Of a stretch of 64,000 nucleotides of DNA, positions 18,897 to 28,777 are shown one piece after another. A program made the position numbers and the translations under genes. Each line of letters opens with the position of its first letter. Within the stretch, counting starts at the first letter, position 1. Below the pieces are notes generated by a model. The model worked only from the letters and a program-made list of their open reading frames with translations. It was not told the DNA's origin and did no database searches. Source of the stretch: an uncultured virus (IMG/VR IMGVR_UViG_3300042914_001978). Lineage: Duplodnaviria > Heunggongvirae > Uroviricota > Caudoviricetes. The stretch is from IMG/VR virus record IMGVR_UViG_3300042914_001978. One strand, 5' to 3'.

Positions 18897-18930
18897 GGGG
18901 GGAGGCACTAGCCTCCTCCCTATCTTTTTT
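18897..18930 (+). terminator. intrinsic terminator
   Basis: GGGGGGAGGC-ACTA-GCCTCCTCCC followed by TATCTTTTTT. Confidence 0.75.
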
Positions 18931-19198
18931 ATGGAAGCACTAACAACGATACTATGTATCTTTGCCCTGACGTTCTGGGCAAACATGAAAACAACGGGAA
19001 AGTTTTTGGATAAAGACCTATGATTGACTATCTCTTGGCTTACGGGCTTTGGATTGTTTTGGCATTGGTCGGGCTAAAGATTCTCAAGGATGTTATCAAC
19101 CCGCGATGAATCCTGTGGTCCTAGCCATCTCAATTATCTTCTCACTATTCTTCTGGGTCTTTACTTTCTATGGCATCTACTCATTCTTCTACTGGTAA
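18931..19198 (+). CDS. three coupled ~30-aa hydrophobic peptides (18931-19023, 19020-19109, 19106-19198)
   Basis: ATGA overlaps; each has one hydrophobic segment. Confidence 0.55.
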
Positions 19199-19383
19199 CA
19201 AGCTAGAGAATTGGATCAAGGCCCGCTTTGCCAACGAGTGTGATGTCATGAATATTCTTCAGGAATACGGAGTGGTGAGCGATAATTGCTTGTGGGCCAA
19301 GGATGTGGGCAACGATGGCGAGGCCATGATGTGGGCTGCGAAAAACTTTGAACATCTTAAACGCCAAGCTGTCTAACGCATCA

Positions 19384-19848
19384 ATGAACACATGCTATGA
19401 GGTCGGGCAGCGCGCTGAACAACGCTTTGCTGAACTGCTAACCAATCCTCATTTCTCCACACCAGAGCAGGACATGGAAGAACATTGGGATGTGGAATCG
19501 GATGGTAAACGCTACGATGTTAAGGCGATGAAGAAGTGGAGGCGGGATGACCCCGAACCCACAGATCGCATGCACTATGTGGAGCTACGCAATGTCCACG
19601 GGGAACTAGGCTGGCTTTACGGAGAAGCCGACTACATTGTCTTTGAGACCCGATCCTATTGGATTGTGGTCAAACGCCGCACCCTCATGCCCTTTATCGA
19701 AGGAATCACAGAAAATAGTGAACAAAGCTTGAAACCAATTGTCTATAGACTTTACCAGAGAACTGGTAGAAAAGATCTGATGACCGTAGTTCCCACCGTG
19801 GATCTACTGGCCATTAGTGAAACAACAATAAAGAAACCTAATATATGA
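19384..19848 (+). CDS. PD-(D/E)XK-type nuclease-like protein
   Basis: AEQRF..EHWDV..YDVKAMKK..YVELRNV..GWLYG. Confidence 0.65.
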   Translation: MNTCYEVGQRAEQRFAELLTNPHFSTPEQDMEEHWDVESDGKRYDVKAMKKWRRDDPEPTDRMHYVELRNVHGELGWLYGEADYIVFETRSYWIVVKRRTLMPFIEGITENSEQSLKPIVYRLYQRTGRKDLMTVVPTVDLLAISETTIKKPNI

Positions 19849-20060
19849 GCAATCAGCAACAAAAAGACAATTCGGGAGCATTGTTCCCGAACAAAAGTGA
19901 TAACCCCAAAGCCCCGACCCACAAGGGTAAGGTCATGATCAATGGTGTGAACCTTGATGTGGCGGGCTGGAAACAGAAGTCCCAAAAGGGAGTGGACTAC
20001 ATCAGCCTGAAGTTCTCTCCTCCTTACAAGAAGGAAGAGGAAGTAGACGAGGCATTCTAG
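19845..20060 (+). CDS. DUF736/PC4-like small ssDNA-binding protein
   Basis: GALFPNK..P..GKV..AGW..YISL, acidic tail ending in F. Confidence 0.65.
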   Translation: MSNQQQKDNSGALFPNKSDNPKAPTHKGKVMINGVNLDVAGWKQKSQKGVDYISLKFSPPYKKEEEVDEAF

Positions 20061-20124
20061 TCTTTCGGGGCGGGGGAGGGTCTTTTACTGGTGTTTTCTA
20101 CCTTCCCTCGCCCCACCTCTACAC

Positions 20125-21700
20125 ATGAATACAACTATCGCACAGCTTAACGACGATCTGGCCCACGCCGAAGCCACGTTAAGAACACTGTTGGAATCCA
20201 CCCGTGACTGGCTAGATAGCGACATCAAGGAGTCTGGAGAAGACTTCGTCAAGGGGATGCAACGCCGAATCATAGACCGCCACCCCCAATTGGGATGGGT
20301 TATTGACCCACTGGAGTTTTAAGGCATGAGCGACTCACCCGAAACAGATGCGTTTATTGACAGTCTACATGATGATTGGGATGTAGAGTTTGCCAATCTA
20401 ACAGCACATGCTTGCAAGCTGGAGCGCGAAAGAGACCAATGGCGCGAGTGCGCGGAAATGCTGGCTTTTGCTGTGAGGTTGGAAAGCCAGCAAACACAAA
20501 TGAATTGGCGGGCGTTTGCCCAAGACGGTCTTGCCGAGTTTGAGCGGCTGAAGGAGGGCGGGAAATGAGTGCTGGTAAAGGAGACAGACCAAGGAAGGTG
20601 GATGGAAAGAAGTATCGGGACAACTACGACTACATTTATGAAAGCAAAAGTCATCGGAATAAAGCAAGACCGCAACCCAGCAATTCATACCCCCAAACCC
20701 CGAAACGTGAACCCAAAGATCAATAAACTACTTAAGGACGGAAGGCTGCTCCCCATCTACAACGCCATAGGAGAGACTTTGTGCCTTGTTGGCTATCGGC
20801 GCAAGCCATCCAGCAGAAAGTCCCACCAGCGGCCATTTATGCTCAAGCAACCCATACCATTGGGGCCGATTGAGACCAACCCCGAAACTGAATGAACGAC
20901 AAAGCACTAGAAGCAGCAATAGCCCTCCACGACTTCATACGAAGCAACAGCGGGGAAACCGCCGACTGGCCCCTACAGATAACCTCCTCTGATAGTAAGA
21001 TATTGGAAGAGCTAGACCACCTCCTCAAAGACTTTCGCCAATTGGCCATAGCGGCTACCTAACGCATACCAAATGAACAATAGTTCAATTTTGGCTTGAA
21101 CAAACCCCCGTAGTTAACAGTCGCAACCCCGAATCCATGAAAGTCTCCATACGAACTGCATATAGGATAGTCAAGAAGACCGAAGACCAAGACTCCGACC
21201 CCATCTTCATCCCCCAATACCAAGAAGAGGGAAGCGAAGACTGGCACACCTTCAAAAACCGCATCCACGGCAAGGGTGGGGGCTACAACACGGTTTACTT
21301 CTACCTCCTATCCAAAGCTATCGACTACTTAGAACACCAGAAAGCCCTACAAGACGCTGTAGTGCATTACGAGGACGATGAGTCGGAATGGACGAAAAAC
21401 CTCCCGTAGGCCCATTTAAACGTAATTACGGACCATTGGTAGCCCAATACCAGACCCAACCCCGCAACCATGACCTACAAACAACTCTCAGGACTAATAA
21501 GGGCAACCCTAACCAAAGAGCAGGAAGACAAGGAAGTAGAAATAAGGATAGGAGACCAGTCCTACTCCAACCTATACCTCGTATCCACAGAAGAAGACCT
21601 GTTCCTGCAACCCCAACCAGCCCGAACCTGTACACAAAATCCCGAATCCATAGATACGTTCCCCCCAATATGTATAAGCCGTAGACATATTAAAGGATAG
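20125..21700 (+). other. run of small hypothetical genes (20125-20322, 20326-20568, ~20601-20895, 20892-21062, 21137-21409, 21470-21700)
   Basis: short, closely spaced co-oriented ORFs; no recognised motifs. Confidence 0.5.
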
Positions 21701-22380
21701 AGACAATTCCTTTAATAGAGTAACCCGTTATAAAACCAGCCCCGAATTTATAACAGAGAAAAATATTTAAGACGGGGTTCGCTTTAAATAAGGGGGTAGG
21801 GGGGGGGTCTCCAGAAAGAAGAGAGACGGGGGGGGGGAGGGGTAATGAATACGGGGTTTAAATAAAACTGTTGACGGATTACTTTTCAGCAGAAATCTTT
21901 TGAGAGGGGGTATTTTTCCCAGTCGCAGTGCCCGCGCCAAGAGAAGGGTGGGGTCAACACGGGTGTGGTGGGGGTCTGTGTGTTGAGAGGTGATTGTCGC
22001 TTGTCGCTGGCTGTCCCGCCCCGCTACGCTGCCCCGCCTTGTCCTGTCCGCTGTCCTGCCCCGCTCGCCATGCGTCCCGCTGTCCCTGTCTCCCTGTCCG
22101 CTCCACCTGTCCGCACTGATAGTTGGTTCGCGCTTGTCGCACCATCCTGCCCCATTGGCCTGACCTGATAGATGAGTCTCCGCTTATACGGCCATATGGC
22201 GAGACTTTCCATTTTTCTGGACTAGTGACCGCCAACAACGGACAGAGGAATGGGCGCAATCCTCGCGCAATCGACGCCCCAAATTCAAGCGCAATCAACC
22301 CCCGAATCCCGCCACCCAAATCAGGGCAAAGAAAAACCCTCCCCGACACTAGGCCAAGGAGGGCTTTATGGGTTTCTATC
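21700..22380. other. non-coding G-run/CTGTCC-rich region, candidate genome end or packaging region
   Basis: G homopolymers at 21791-21842; repeated (C/T)TGTCC at 22011-22112; no credible ORF. Confidence 0.45.
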
Positions 22381-22382
22381 TG

Positions 22383-22646
22383 CTAGGCGTGCGAGTGATT
22401 CGGGGCCAGCATCGTGCCCATCTCCATCATGCGAGCGTAGCCGCTAACGCGAGGGCGGAAACACCTTTTTTCCGTGACTGTCCCGACAATATCATGCCCC
22501 AAGGTCGCGACGATACGGCCAAGCTTCTCCTCATCGGAAAGCTTCTCGTCCGTGTAGGTGAACGTCACGAACGCGAGCGCATCAACCAGCAGATTATGCA
22601 AGGCGATTTCTCCCTTGCCCTTCGTTGTTTGTGTGGTGTTTTCCAT
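22383..22646 (-). CDS. hypothetical protein
   Basis: 87 aa directly behind a sigma70-like promoter. Confidence 0.6.
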   Translation of the reverse strand: MENTTQTTKGKGEIALHNLLVDALAFVTFTYTDEKLSDEEKLGRIVATLGHDIVGTVTEKRCFRPRVSGYARMMEMGTMLAPNHSHA

Positions 22647-22655
22647 ACGTTGGCA

Positions 22656-22683
22656 AATCTATCTCCCCCGCATTAATTGTCAA
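22656..22683 (-). promoter_or_regulatory. sigma70-like promoter
   Basis: TTGACA-16 nt-TAGATT, 9 nt before ATG 22646. Confidence 0.6.
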
Positions 22684-22833
22684 ATGATTTTTTTAATCTT
22701 TTTTTCTGGGGCATAGGACATTCAATGTCTCACCCCCTCGGACATTTCGTGTCCTACCCTCTCCCGCACTTCGTCAATTCTTATTTGTAATTATTCCAAT
22801 TTGCCCCCGCTAAAAATAAATTGAAAATAATTC

Positions 22834-22862
22834 TTGCCCACAATCCTCCCCCGCTTTAGCTT
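22834..22862 (+). promoter_or_regulatory. sigma70-like early promoter
   Basis: A/T-rich UP tract, then TTGCCC-17 nt-TAGCTT. Confidence 0.55.
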
Positions 22863-23184
22863 GTTCCCGTTATGAGTCAAAACACCATGAACGGCCAAGG
22901 GCATTGCGCCTTGGAAGGGAAGCTTTTGGAGGTCGGTTGCTATTCAGTAAACAAGGGGAAGTATGCGCGAAAGCTTTCCACCTCTCCCGTTACACGTTGC
23001 AAGCTTCATCTGTCTTGCATTGTTCGGAATCCGTCCCGCTTTGCGTTCTACGCTCAAGGCATCATTCGGGAATTCAAAGAAGCTTCTCCTTTCGCGCTAT
23101 GCGTTGGGGGGAGTGTGCTTTTTGTTTTCGGGGTCTCTCTGGTCAACTTCTTTTTTCAACACTAACACCTAACACTAACACCTA

Positions 23185-23895
23185 ATGAAAACACTACTCA
23201 GCATCGACACCAACGCAAAGACAGTCAAAGGGCAGGCAAGGGGATTCCTCACGGGGATTCTCTACCTTGCACCCGTGAAAGAGTCTGGCGCGATTAATGT
23301 ATGCCCTCACGCTTCCCAAGGTTGTGCGGCGGCTTGCCTATTCACGGCGGGGCGGGGAGCCTTTGACAACGTGCGGAATGCTCGCATTGCAAAGACTCTT
23401 GAATTCGTCCGTGATCGTGCCGCATTCATGGAAACACTCGCGGCGGACGTTTCGCGGCTTGTTAAAAAGGCCAGCAAAGCAGGAATGACGCCTTGCGTCA
23501 GGCTAAACGGAACCTCTGATCTTCCTTGGGAAAAAATCCCTTGCGGGTCGTTTGCTAACATCATGGAAAGGTTCCCCGCGATTCAGTTCTATGATTACAC
23601 AAAAAACCCGAATCGGATTGCGGCTTATCTGGAGGGCAAGCTTCCTGCAAATTATCAATTGACCTTTTCCCGTTCGGAAGACAATGGTCAGATTGCCCTT
23701 TCTATCCTTGGTTCTGGCGGGAACGTGGCAATTGTCTTTTCATCGGCCAAGCTTCCCGAATCCTTCCAAGGCAAGCCCGTTGTTGATGGGGACGAGTCTG
23801 ATTTGCGCTTTCTAGACCCTCGCGGCTGCGTTGTCGGTCTAAAGGCTAAAGGCAAGGCAAGAAAGGATCTTTCGGGCTTTGTGGTGCAAGTCTGA
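23185..23895 (+). CDS. GP88-like (radical-SAM-related) phage protein
   Basis: NAKTVK, CPHASQGCAAACL, VRLNGTSD, FYDYTK, DGDESDLRFLD. Confidence 0.75.
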   Translation: MKTLLSIDTNAKTVKGQARGFLTGILYLAPVKESGAINVCPHASQGCAAACLFTAGRGAFDNVRNARIAKTLEFVRDRAAFMETLAADVSRLVKKASKAGMTPCVRLNGTSDLPWEKIPCGSFANIMERFPAIQFYDYTKNPNRIAAYLEGKLPANYQLTFSRSEDNGQIALSILGSGGNVAIVFSSAKLPESFQGKPVVDGDESDLRFLDPRGCVVGLKAKGKARKDLSGFVVQV

Positions 23896-23970
23896 GGGTT
23901 TGCCCCGCCTCTGCCCTTTCCCTTCATGGGGAGAGGGTAGCACGGGGAAAATCCCCAAACCAAAATACAA

Positions 23971-24216
23971 ATGAAAACAAATGATATAAAGAAAGGGACG
24001 CGATTCCGCCTCCGTAACGGGTGGTTCGCGACTATGGCAGATAATCGCAAAGGTAATATCCGCCTTGCAGAGGTTGAGGGAGACTTCACCGAAACGGGGA
24101 GCGTTTACGCGCATGATATTGTTTCCGTTCTAATCGGGAACAATTGGCAACCCGTGGAGCATACGGGACAACAGGCAAAATGCAGGGATTTAAACTCCGC
24201 CCTTTTCGGTGGCTAA
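23971..24216 (+). CDS. hypothetical protein
   Basis: 81 aa; MKTNDIKKG..GSVYAHDI. Confidence 0.65.
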   Translation: MKTNDIKKGTRFRLRNGWFATMADNRKGNIRLAEVEGDFTETGSVYAHDIVSVLIGNNWQPVEHTGQQAKCRDLNSALFGG

Positions 24217-24286
24217 TAAATCGGCGGGGAGTTCAATCCTCCCCGCCTTACTCTTAAAAAATAAAAACCAAATAGAAAATAATCAC

Positions 24287-24622
24287 ATGATCACTAAAAA
24301 AGAAGAGTTGGAAATCATAAATCAGACCATTGCCAAGCTTGGCCCAAATTCCTACCTTGGCCCGTGGCTGTCCTCGGTTCGCTTTGAGTTGGAAGCGGCG
24401 ATTCGTTCGGATCTTGTCCCCGAAATTAGCCTTAAAGATACACGGGAACAATGCGAAAGACTTGTCGCAGACGCTAACAGACAGGCAAATTCCATGCTTG
24501 CACGGGCGGAAAATCAGGTTGCGGAAAAAGAAAAAGAGGCGAAAGCTTTAATAAATCGCGCACGGGAGAGGGTGCTTGAAGCGCACAAGGCATTGGTCGC
24601 TCTCGCCATGAATTCCCTTTGA
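24287..24622 (+). CDS. hypothetical coiled-coil protein
   Basis: MITKKEELEII start after an A-rich leader. Confidence 0.6.
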   Translation: MITKKEELEIINQTIAKLGPNSYLGPWLSSVRFELEAAIRSDLVPEISLKDTREQCERLVADANRQANSMLARAENQVAEKEKEAKALINRARERVLEAHKALVALAMNSL

Positions 24623-24626
24623 TCCT

Positions 24627-24878
24627 ATGGAACCACTAACAGAAAAAGAGGCAAGATCGGTCATCAATGGCATATGGGGACGGGGGGACAATATGTCTTC
24701 GCGACTCTTCAGGGAATTAGATGAGAGACTCCCCGCAAGTGATCTTCCCATATTGGACAGACTGCTATCAGTTTGCAACCTGTTAGAAGAATATAACAGA
24801 CGGGGACGCCCCGCCTTTGCCAATTTCCGCTACTGGTGGGATTGGCTGAATGCCCCGAAAACCTTTGGCAACCTCTGA
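24627..24878 (+). CDS. hypothetical protein
   Basis: 83 aa in operon. Confidence 0.55.
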   Translation: MEPLTEKEARSVINGIWGRGDNMSSRLFRELDERLPASDLPILDRLLSVCNLLEEYNRRGRPAFANFRYWWDWLNAPKTFGNL

Positions 24879-25013
24879 AGGTGACAAGGTGCGCGGAGTC
24901 CGATCCTCCGCCCCGTCCCGCCCGATTTTCGCGCTTTAAATGCCCGCTAGAACGCTTTTTATCCCCCTCCCGCCATGGTGACATCCCCCAAGGCAAGCCC
25001 GATCCCCCGCGAC

Positions 25014-25379
25014 ATGGTGACAAGGGGCATCAATATCAACGACAAGGTGCAACCTTTCACCGATCAAATCCTGACGGGGCAAAAGACAATTGAAACGAGG
25101 CGGACCGATTCCCTCCGCCCCTATGTCGGCCAGCGTGTCGGAATAATTCGGACGGGGAAAGGTCAGGCAATGCTTGTCGGATTTGCTGTTATCGGGGAAC
25201 CTGTATTTTACAGAACAAAAGCGGAATTTTCCGCCGATTTTGCGCGGCATCAGGTAGGTGACAAAAGCAAATTCGGATTTAAGCGGGGCGGCAAATTCGG
25301 ATACCCTCTCACCATGGTGACAAGGTGCAAACCGCAACCTGTCTTTTCCCGTGGAATCATTGCCCGAAAACTTTTTTGA
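25014..25379 (+). CDS. ASCH domain protein
   Basis: QPFTDQILTGQKTIETR matches GxKxxExR. Confidence 0.8.
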   Translation: MVTRGININDKVQPFTDQILTGQKTIETRRTDSLRPYVGQRVGIIRTGKGQAMLVGFAVIGEPVFYRTKAEFSADFARHQVGDKSKFGFKRGGKFGYPLTMVTRCKPQPVFSRGIIARKLF

Positions 25380-25514
25380 TGGGATGCGAAAAAAATCAGT
25401 TGACATGACAGGAAAACCACTTACTTTTAATTTCATCGAACCAAACTTTGCCCCGATAGGGTGACAAAATGCGGAACGATAAAACCACAAAAACACAACT
25501 AGAAAACACAAAAC

Positions 25515-26560
25515 ATATGGGACACATGATCGTAGAACCTTGGGATATCGTGATAGCAAACGACAACCCGCAATGGCATCGCATGGCGAAAGTTCATGCG
25601 GAAATCACCGATAACGTAGTCGAGCCGCAAATGTTCGACATTCTGGAAACCTCCGCCTTTTCGACAATCGACGGGACAACCCGTGAAATCGACGGGGAAA
25701 AGGTGCTTTGGGCAGACCATCGCAAGGTGCGTCCTGACCTGACAGCAGAACAGGCAATCGTGAAACTCCATGTTCCGAAAGTTGGATATCGCGCCATTTC
25801 AAATCGCGATGTTTGGAACACGATGAAAAAAGCCCTCACCGATTTGGGTTGCAAGGTCGCATCGGTTTGCACGTTGGAACGGGGCAAAAAGTTCGCGCTG
25901 AGTGTCGATATCGGAGGTTCCGATATGGTCATCAATAAGAATAACTACAAAGCATTCCTTAACATGGTGACCTCGCATGATGGCACCATCGCAATGGAAG
26001 CTTTTGATGCGTTCATCAAAATCATTTGCATGAACACATTCCAATGGTCGCGGGATGCCGCGAAAAACAAGTTCAAAATCTACCATACCAAAAATGCGGA
26101 TCTCGCGATGGATGGTTTGGGGGATTTGCTCAACGCTATCCTGAAAGGTCGCGTCGAGGCCAAGGAAGTGCTGGAATACCTCGCAACCCATGCCTGTGAC
26201 GCAAACGATGCGATGGCAATGGCAGCAGGGTTTTTCTGCCTGACCACAGAGGCAAAGGAAAACAAACTCTCCACCCGTAGCTTCAATGCCGCGACAGAGA
26301 TCACCCGCCTCTATGCTCACGGGATCGGAAACGAGGGACGTTCCCTCTATGACCTCGCAAATGGTGCAACCGAATACTGGACTAGCGGACTAGGTGTCGG
26401 GCGTAATGCTGATGCCGCATCCCAAGTCTATCGTTCGGAAATGGGTTCTGCTGCTGACCGCAAGCATGAATTCATCACTATGCTGGCGGATGACAAGACT
26501 CGTCCCGTGATGCTCTCGCGGGGCCGCGAGGCAGTCAGACAAGCAGTCCTAGCCAATTAG
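25515..26560 (+). CDS. DUF932 family protein
   Basis: WH near N-terminus, Y..ISN, TSHDGT, IICMNT, HTKNA, LANGATEY. Confidence 0.8.
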
Positions 26561-26805
26561 GGTTGTCCCGTCTGTCCTCCCGTCAATTCGGGCGGGAGGA
26601 TAGCAGGGGGAACCTTCCCCGATCAAAACACCATGAACGCACAAACTGAAAACGAGCAGGGGCAATGCGCCTTGCATGAAGAGGAAATTGACTTGATGAG
26701 GATAGCGGCGAGGATCACGGCATTCTTGAAGGAACGCCGCGAATTCCCCAACCCATCAGACTATCATCCGTTCTATGCGGCTGAATAAAAAAAACCATAC
26801 ACAAA

Positions 26806-26985
26806 ATGAATAACCTGACTAACAAATCCAAAGTGAAAAAATACATTCTGGAATTCGCGGAGGCAAATCGCGCCCACAAGTTTTCCAGAGTGTCGCAGGA
26901 AACTATCGACAGAGTCGAAGCGGCGGCACGTTCTGCTTGCAAGGCTATCGTCACCCAAGCCCCATCTAAAGGAAAGACACTGTGA
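26806..26985 (+). CDS. putative minimal histone-fold protein, 59 aa, not in ORF track
   Basis: SKVKKYI..RVSQETID..GKTL; stop is GTGA-coupled to the next ORF. Confidence 0.6.
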   Translation: MNNLTNKSKVKKYILEFAEANRAHKFSRVSQETIDRVEAAARSACKAIVTQAPSKGKTL

Positions 26986-27146
26986 CTGCCATACTAAAAG
27001 AAAACCAAATCAAGGGTATACCAGCAGGAACCTACTGGTTCTTGGGTGACTATGCCATCCGCATGATCAATAAATCGATTCTGTCGGATGACTCCTACAA
27101 GCTGCCGAAAAACTTCCTTCAAAAATTAATAAACAAATCAAAATGA
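26982..27146 (+). CDS. hypothetical protein, 54 aa
   Basis: GTGA/ATGA coupling at both ends. Confidence 0.55.
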   Translation: MTAILKENQIKGIPAGTYWFLGDYAIRMINKSILSDDSYKLPKNFLQKLINKSK

Positions 27147-27385
27147 TACCGCTCCACACTGACAGAAAGATCACTCAACATATGATCGATGCATCCCCTG
27201 ACATGATGGACGCATTGCTTCGCCTCACTCATCCCATGGCGGATGACGATGACGTTGAATTCGCCCGTTCTACCATTCGGAAGGCGCGGGGATTCAAGGA
27301 AACAAGCTACGATGATGTCCGCGAATCCTGCCATGACAAATGCGCGGCGGATGCTATCGGCGGAAATGGTTGGGCGAATATCTGA
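27143..27385 (+). CDS. hypothetical protein
   Basis: IDASPDMMDAL..IRKARG motif typical of small early phage proteins. Confidence 0.6.
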   Translation: MIPLHTDRKITQHMIDASPDMMDALLRLTHPMADDDDVEFARSTIRKARGFKETSYDDVRESCHDKCAADAIGGNGWANI

Positions 27386-27387
27386 CA

Positions 27388-27678
27388 ATGCCCCGCCGTC
27401 TGGTCAAGTTGTGGATATGGGATGATCTACCCATCCCTGCGAAAGTCCGATCCTTTCCCACATTCACCCATCCCCTCCACGATATGCTGAAGCTTTTGGA
27501 GATTGGTCAGGCGATGGATTGGCCGAAAGATTTAAACGAACAAGACCCAAACAAGCTTCGCTCCATCATGCAACGCCATCAAAAATCAACTGGAAAAAGA
27601 TTTACCCTGCGGACCATCTGGCCTCGCCCGTGGTCAGGTGACAAGGGGAAAACAATCCGTATCTGGAGGACCGCATGA
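27388..27678 (+). CDS. putative small DNA-binding protein
   Basis: LEIGQ..KRFTLRT..IRIWRT. Confidence 0.55.
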   Translation: MPRRLVKLWIWDDLPIPAKVRSFPTFTHPLHDMLKLLEIGQAMDWPKDLNEQDPNKLRSIMQRHQKSTGKRFTLRTIWPRPWSGDKGKTIRIWRTA

Positions 27679-27912
27679 AAAACTATTTCCCTTTTGTTGC
27701 CCATTTCTTTTCCCCTGCTCGCCGTCTGGCCCCCCGTCCCTTCCTATCGGGGCGGTTCCGAATCATGGCAAACTTGATGGCGTTCTTTTCTTCCTTGGTC
27801 AAAGGCGGAGGAGTCCAAGGCTTGTCCGCTTCTGGCGCGGGCGCTTCCCCGTCTTCAGGAGGAAAATCGTGGATTGACCAACTACTTTTCATTGAACGTC
27901 GAGTGACGGGCA

Positions 27913-28777
27913 ATGTCTAACACAACAGCTACCACCATGAAAACCAAAATCCAATCGTTTAAACCAAACCTACAGAACATGATGCTGATGGATTCTGTGC
28001 TACGCACGGCAATCCGAAATGCCTACAGCAACCGAAACAAGGGACTCCTCTCTGTCTATAAAAAGTGGAGGAAGGACGACCTCCGCGACACCATCAAAGC
28101 TTACCGCATCATCAAGGCAACGGAGGTTTCCAATGTTCACTGATGCATGTGGCAATGACCACTACGAGATCTGGGAAGGGATTAAGATTAATGGCAAGAC
28201 CCACCAGTCCCGTCCACTCTATGCCCTGTGCCAAGAGTTTGGAAACGCGCAGGTTCTGGACGCATGTATGCACCTTGGATGTATGCCTTACGTTCAGGAT
28301 CTTTCCGCGATTCGCGCCGAATGCCAGCGTCAGGAGGATTCTTATGTCTAAAGAACAAGTGAAATTTGTCTGCGACTTGTGGCATGATGCCATGCTCAAG
28401 ATTCGCGGCCCAAAACAACAACCTTCGCTACTAGCGCGGTCTATCCAGTTCAGCACTAAAGCTAATTGGATGCAACGTCTGGTAGCCTACCGCCAGTTAG
28501 ATAACTGGCTTTCCAACAAACACACAAAACCATGATCCACCACCACATAACCAAAGCTGGCCTCAACGCCGAAAAGCGTTGCAGGGGAAGGGTTACAGTC
28601 TGGAACGATTCGGCTAACATCGAATTGACCATGAGTGTGGCCGAATGCCGCAAACTGGAACGCCGCTTCTTTATTGATATCGAAGACATTATCCCCAACG
28701 ATTTGATGGGAAAGATCTTGGAGCATTTCCGCGATCTCGGTCAACTCTACGATCAGGAGGATCTATGCTTAGTATGA
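27913..28777 (+). other. small hypothetical genes (27913-28143, ~28133-28351, ~28344-28535, 28532-28777)
   Basis: overlapping start/stop chain. Confidence 0.5.

Noticed and set aside
21954..22447. ORFs in the skewed region
   Set aside because: Low-complexity translations arising from repeats
23157..23184. TAACAC(C) tandem repeat
   Set aside because: Short; fits the A/C-rich leaders seen before many starts in this genome
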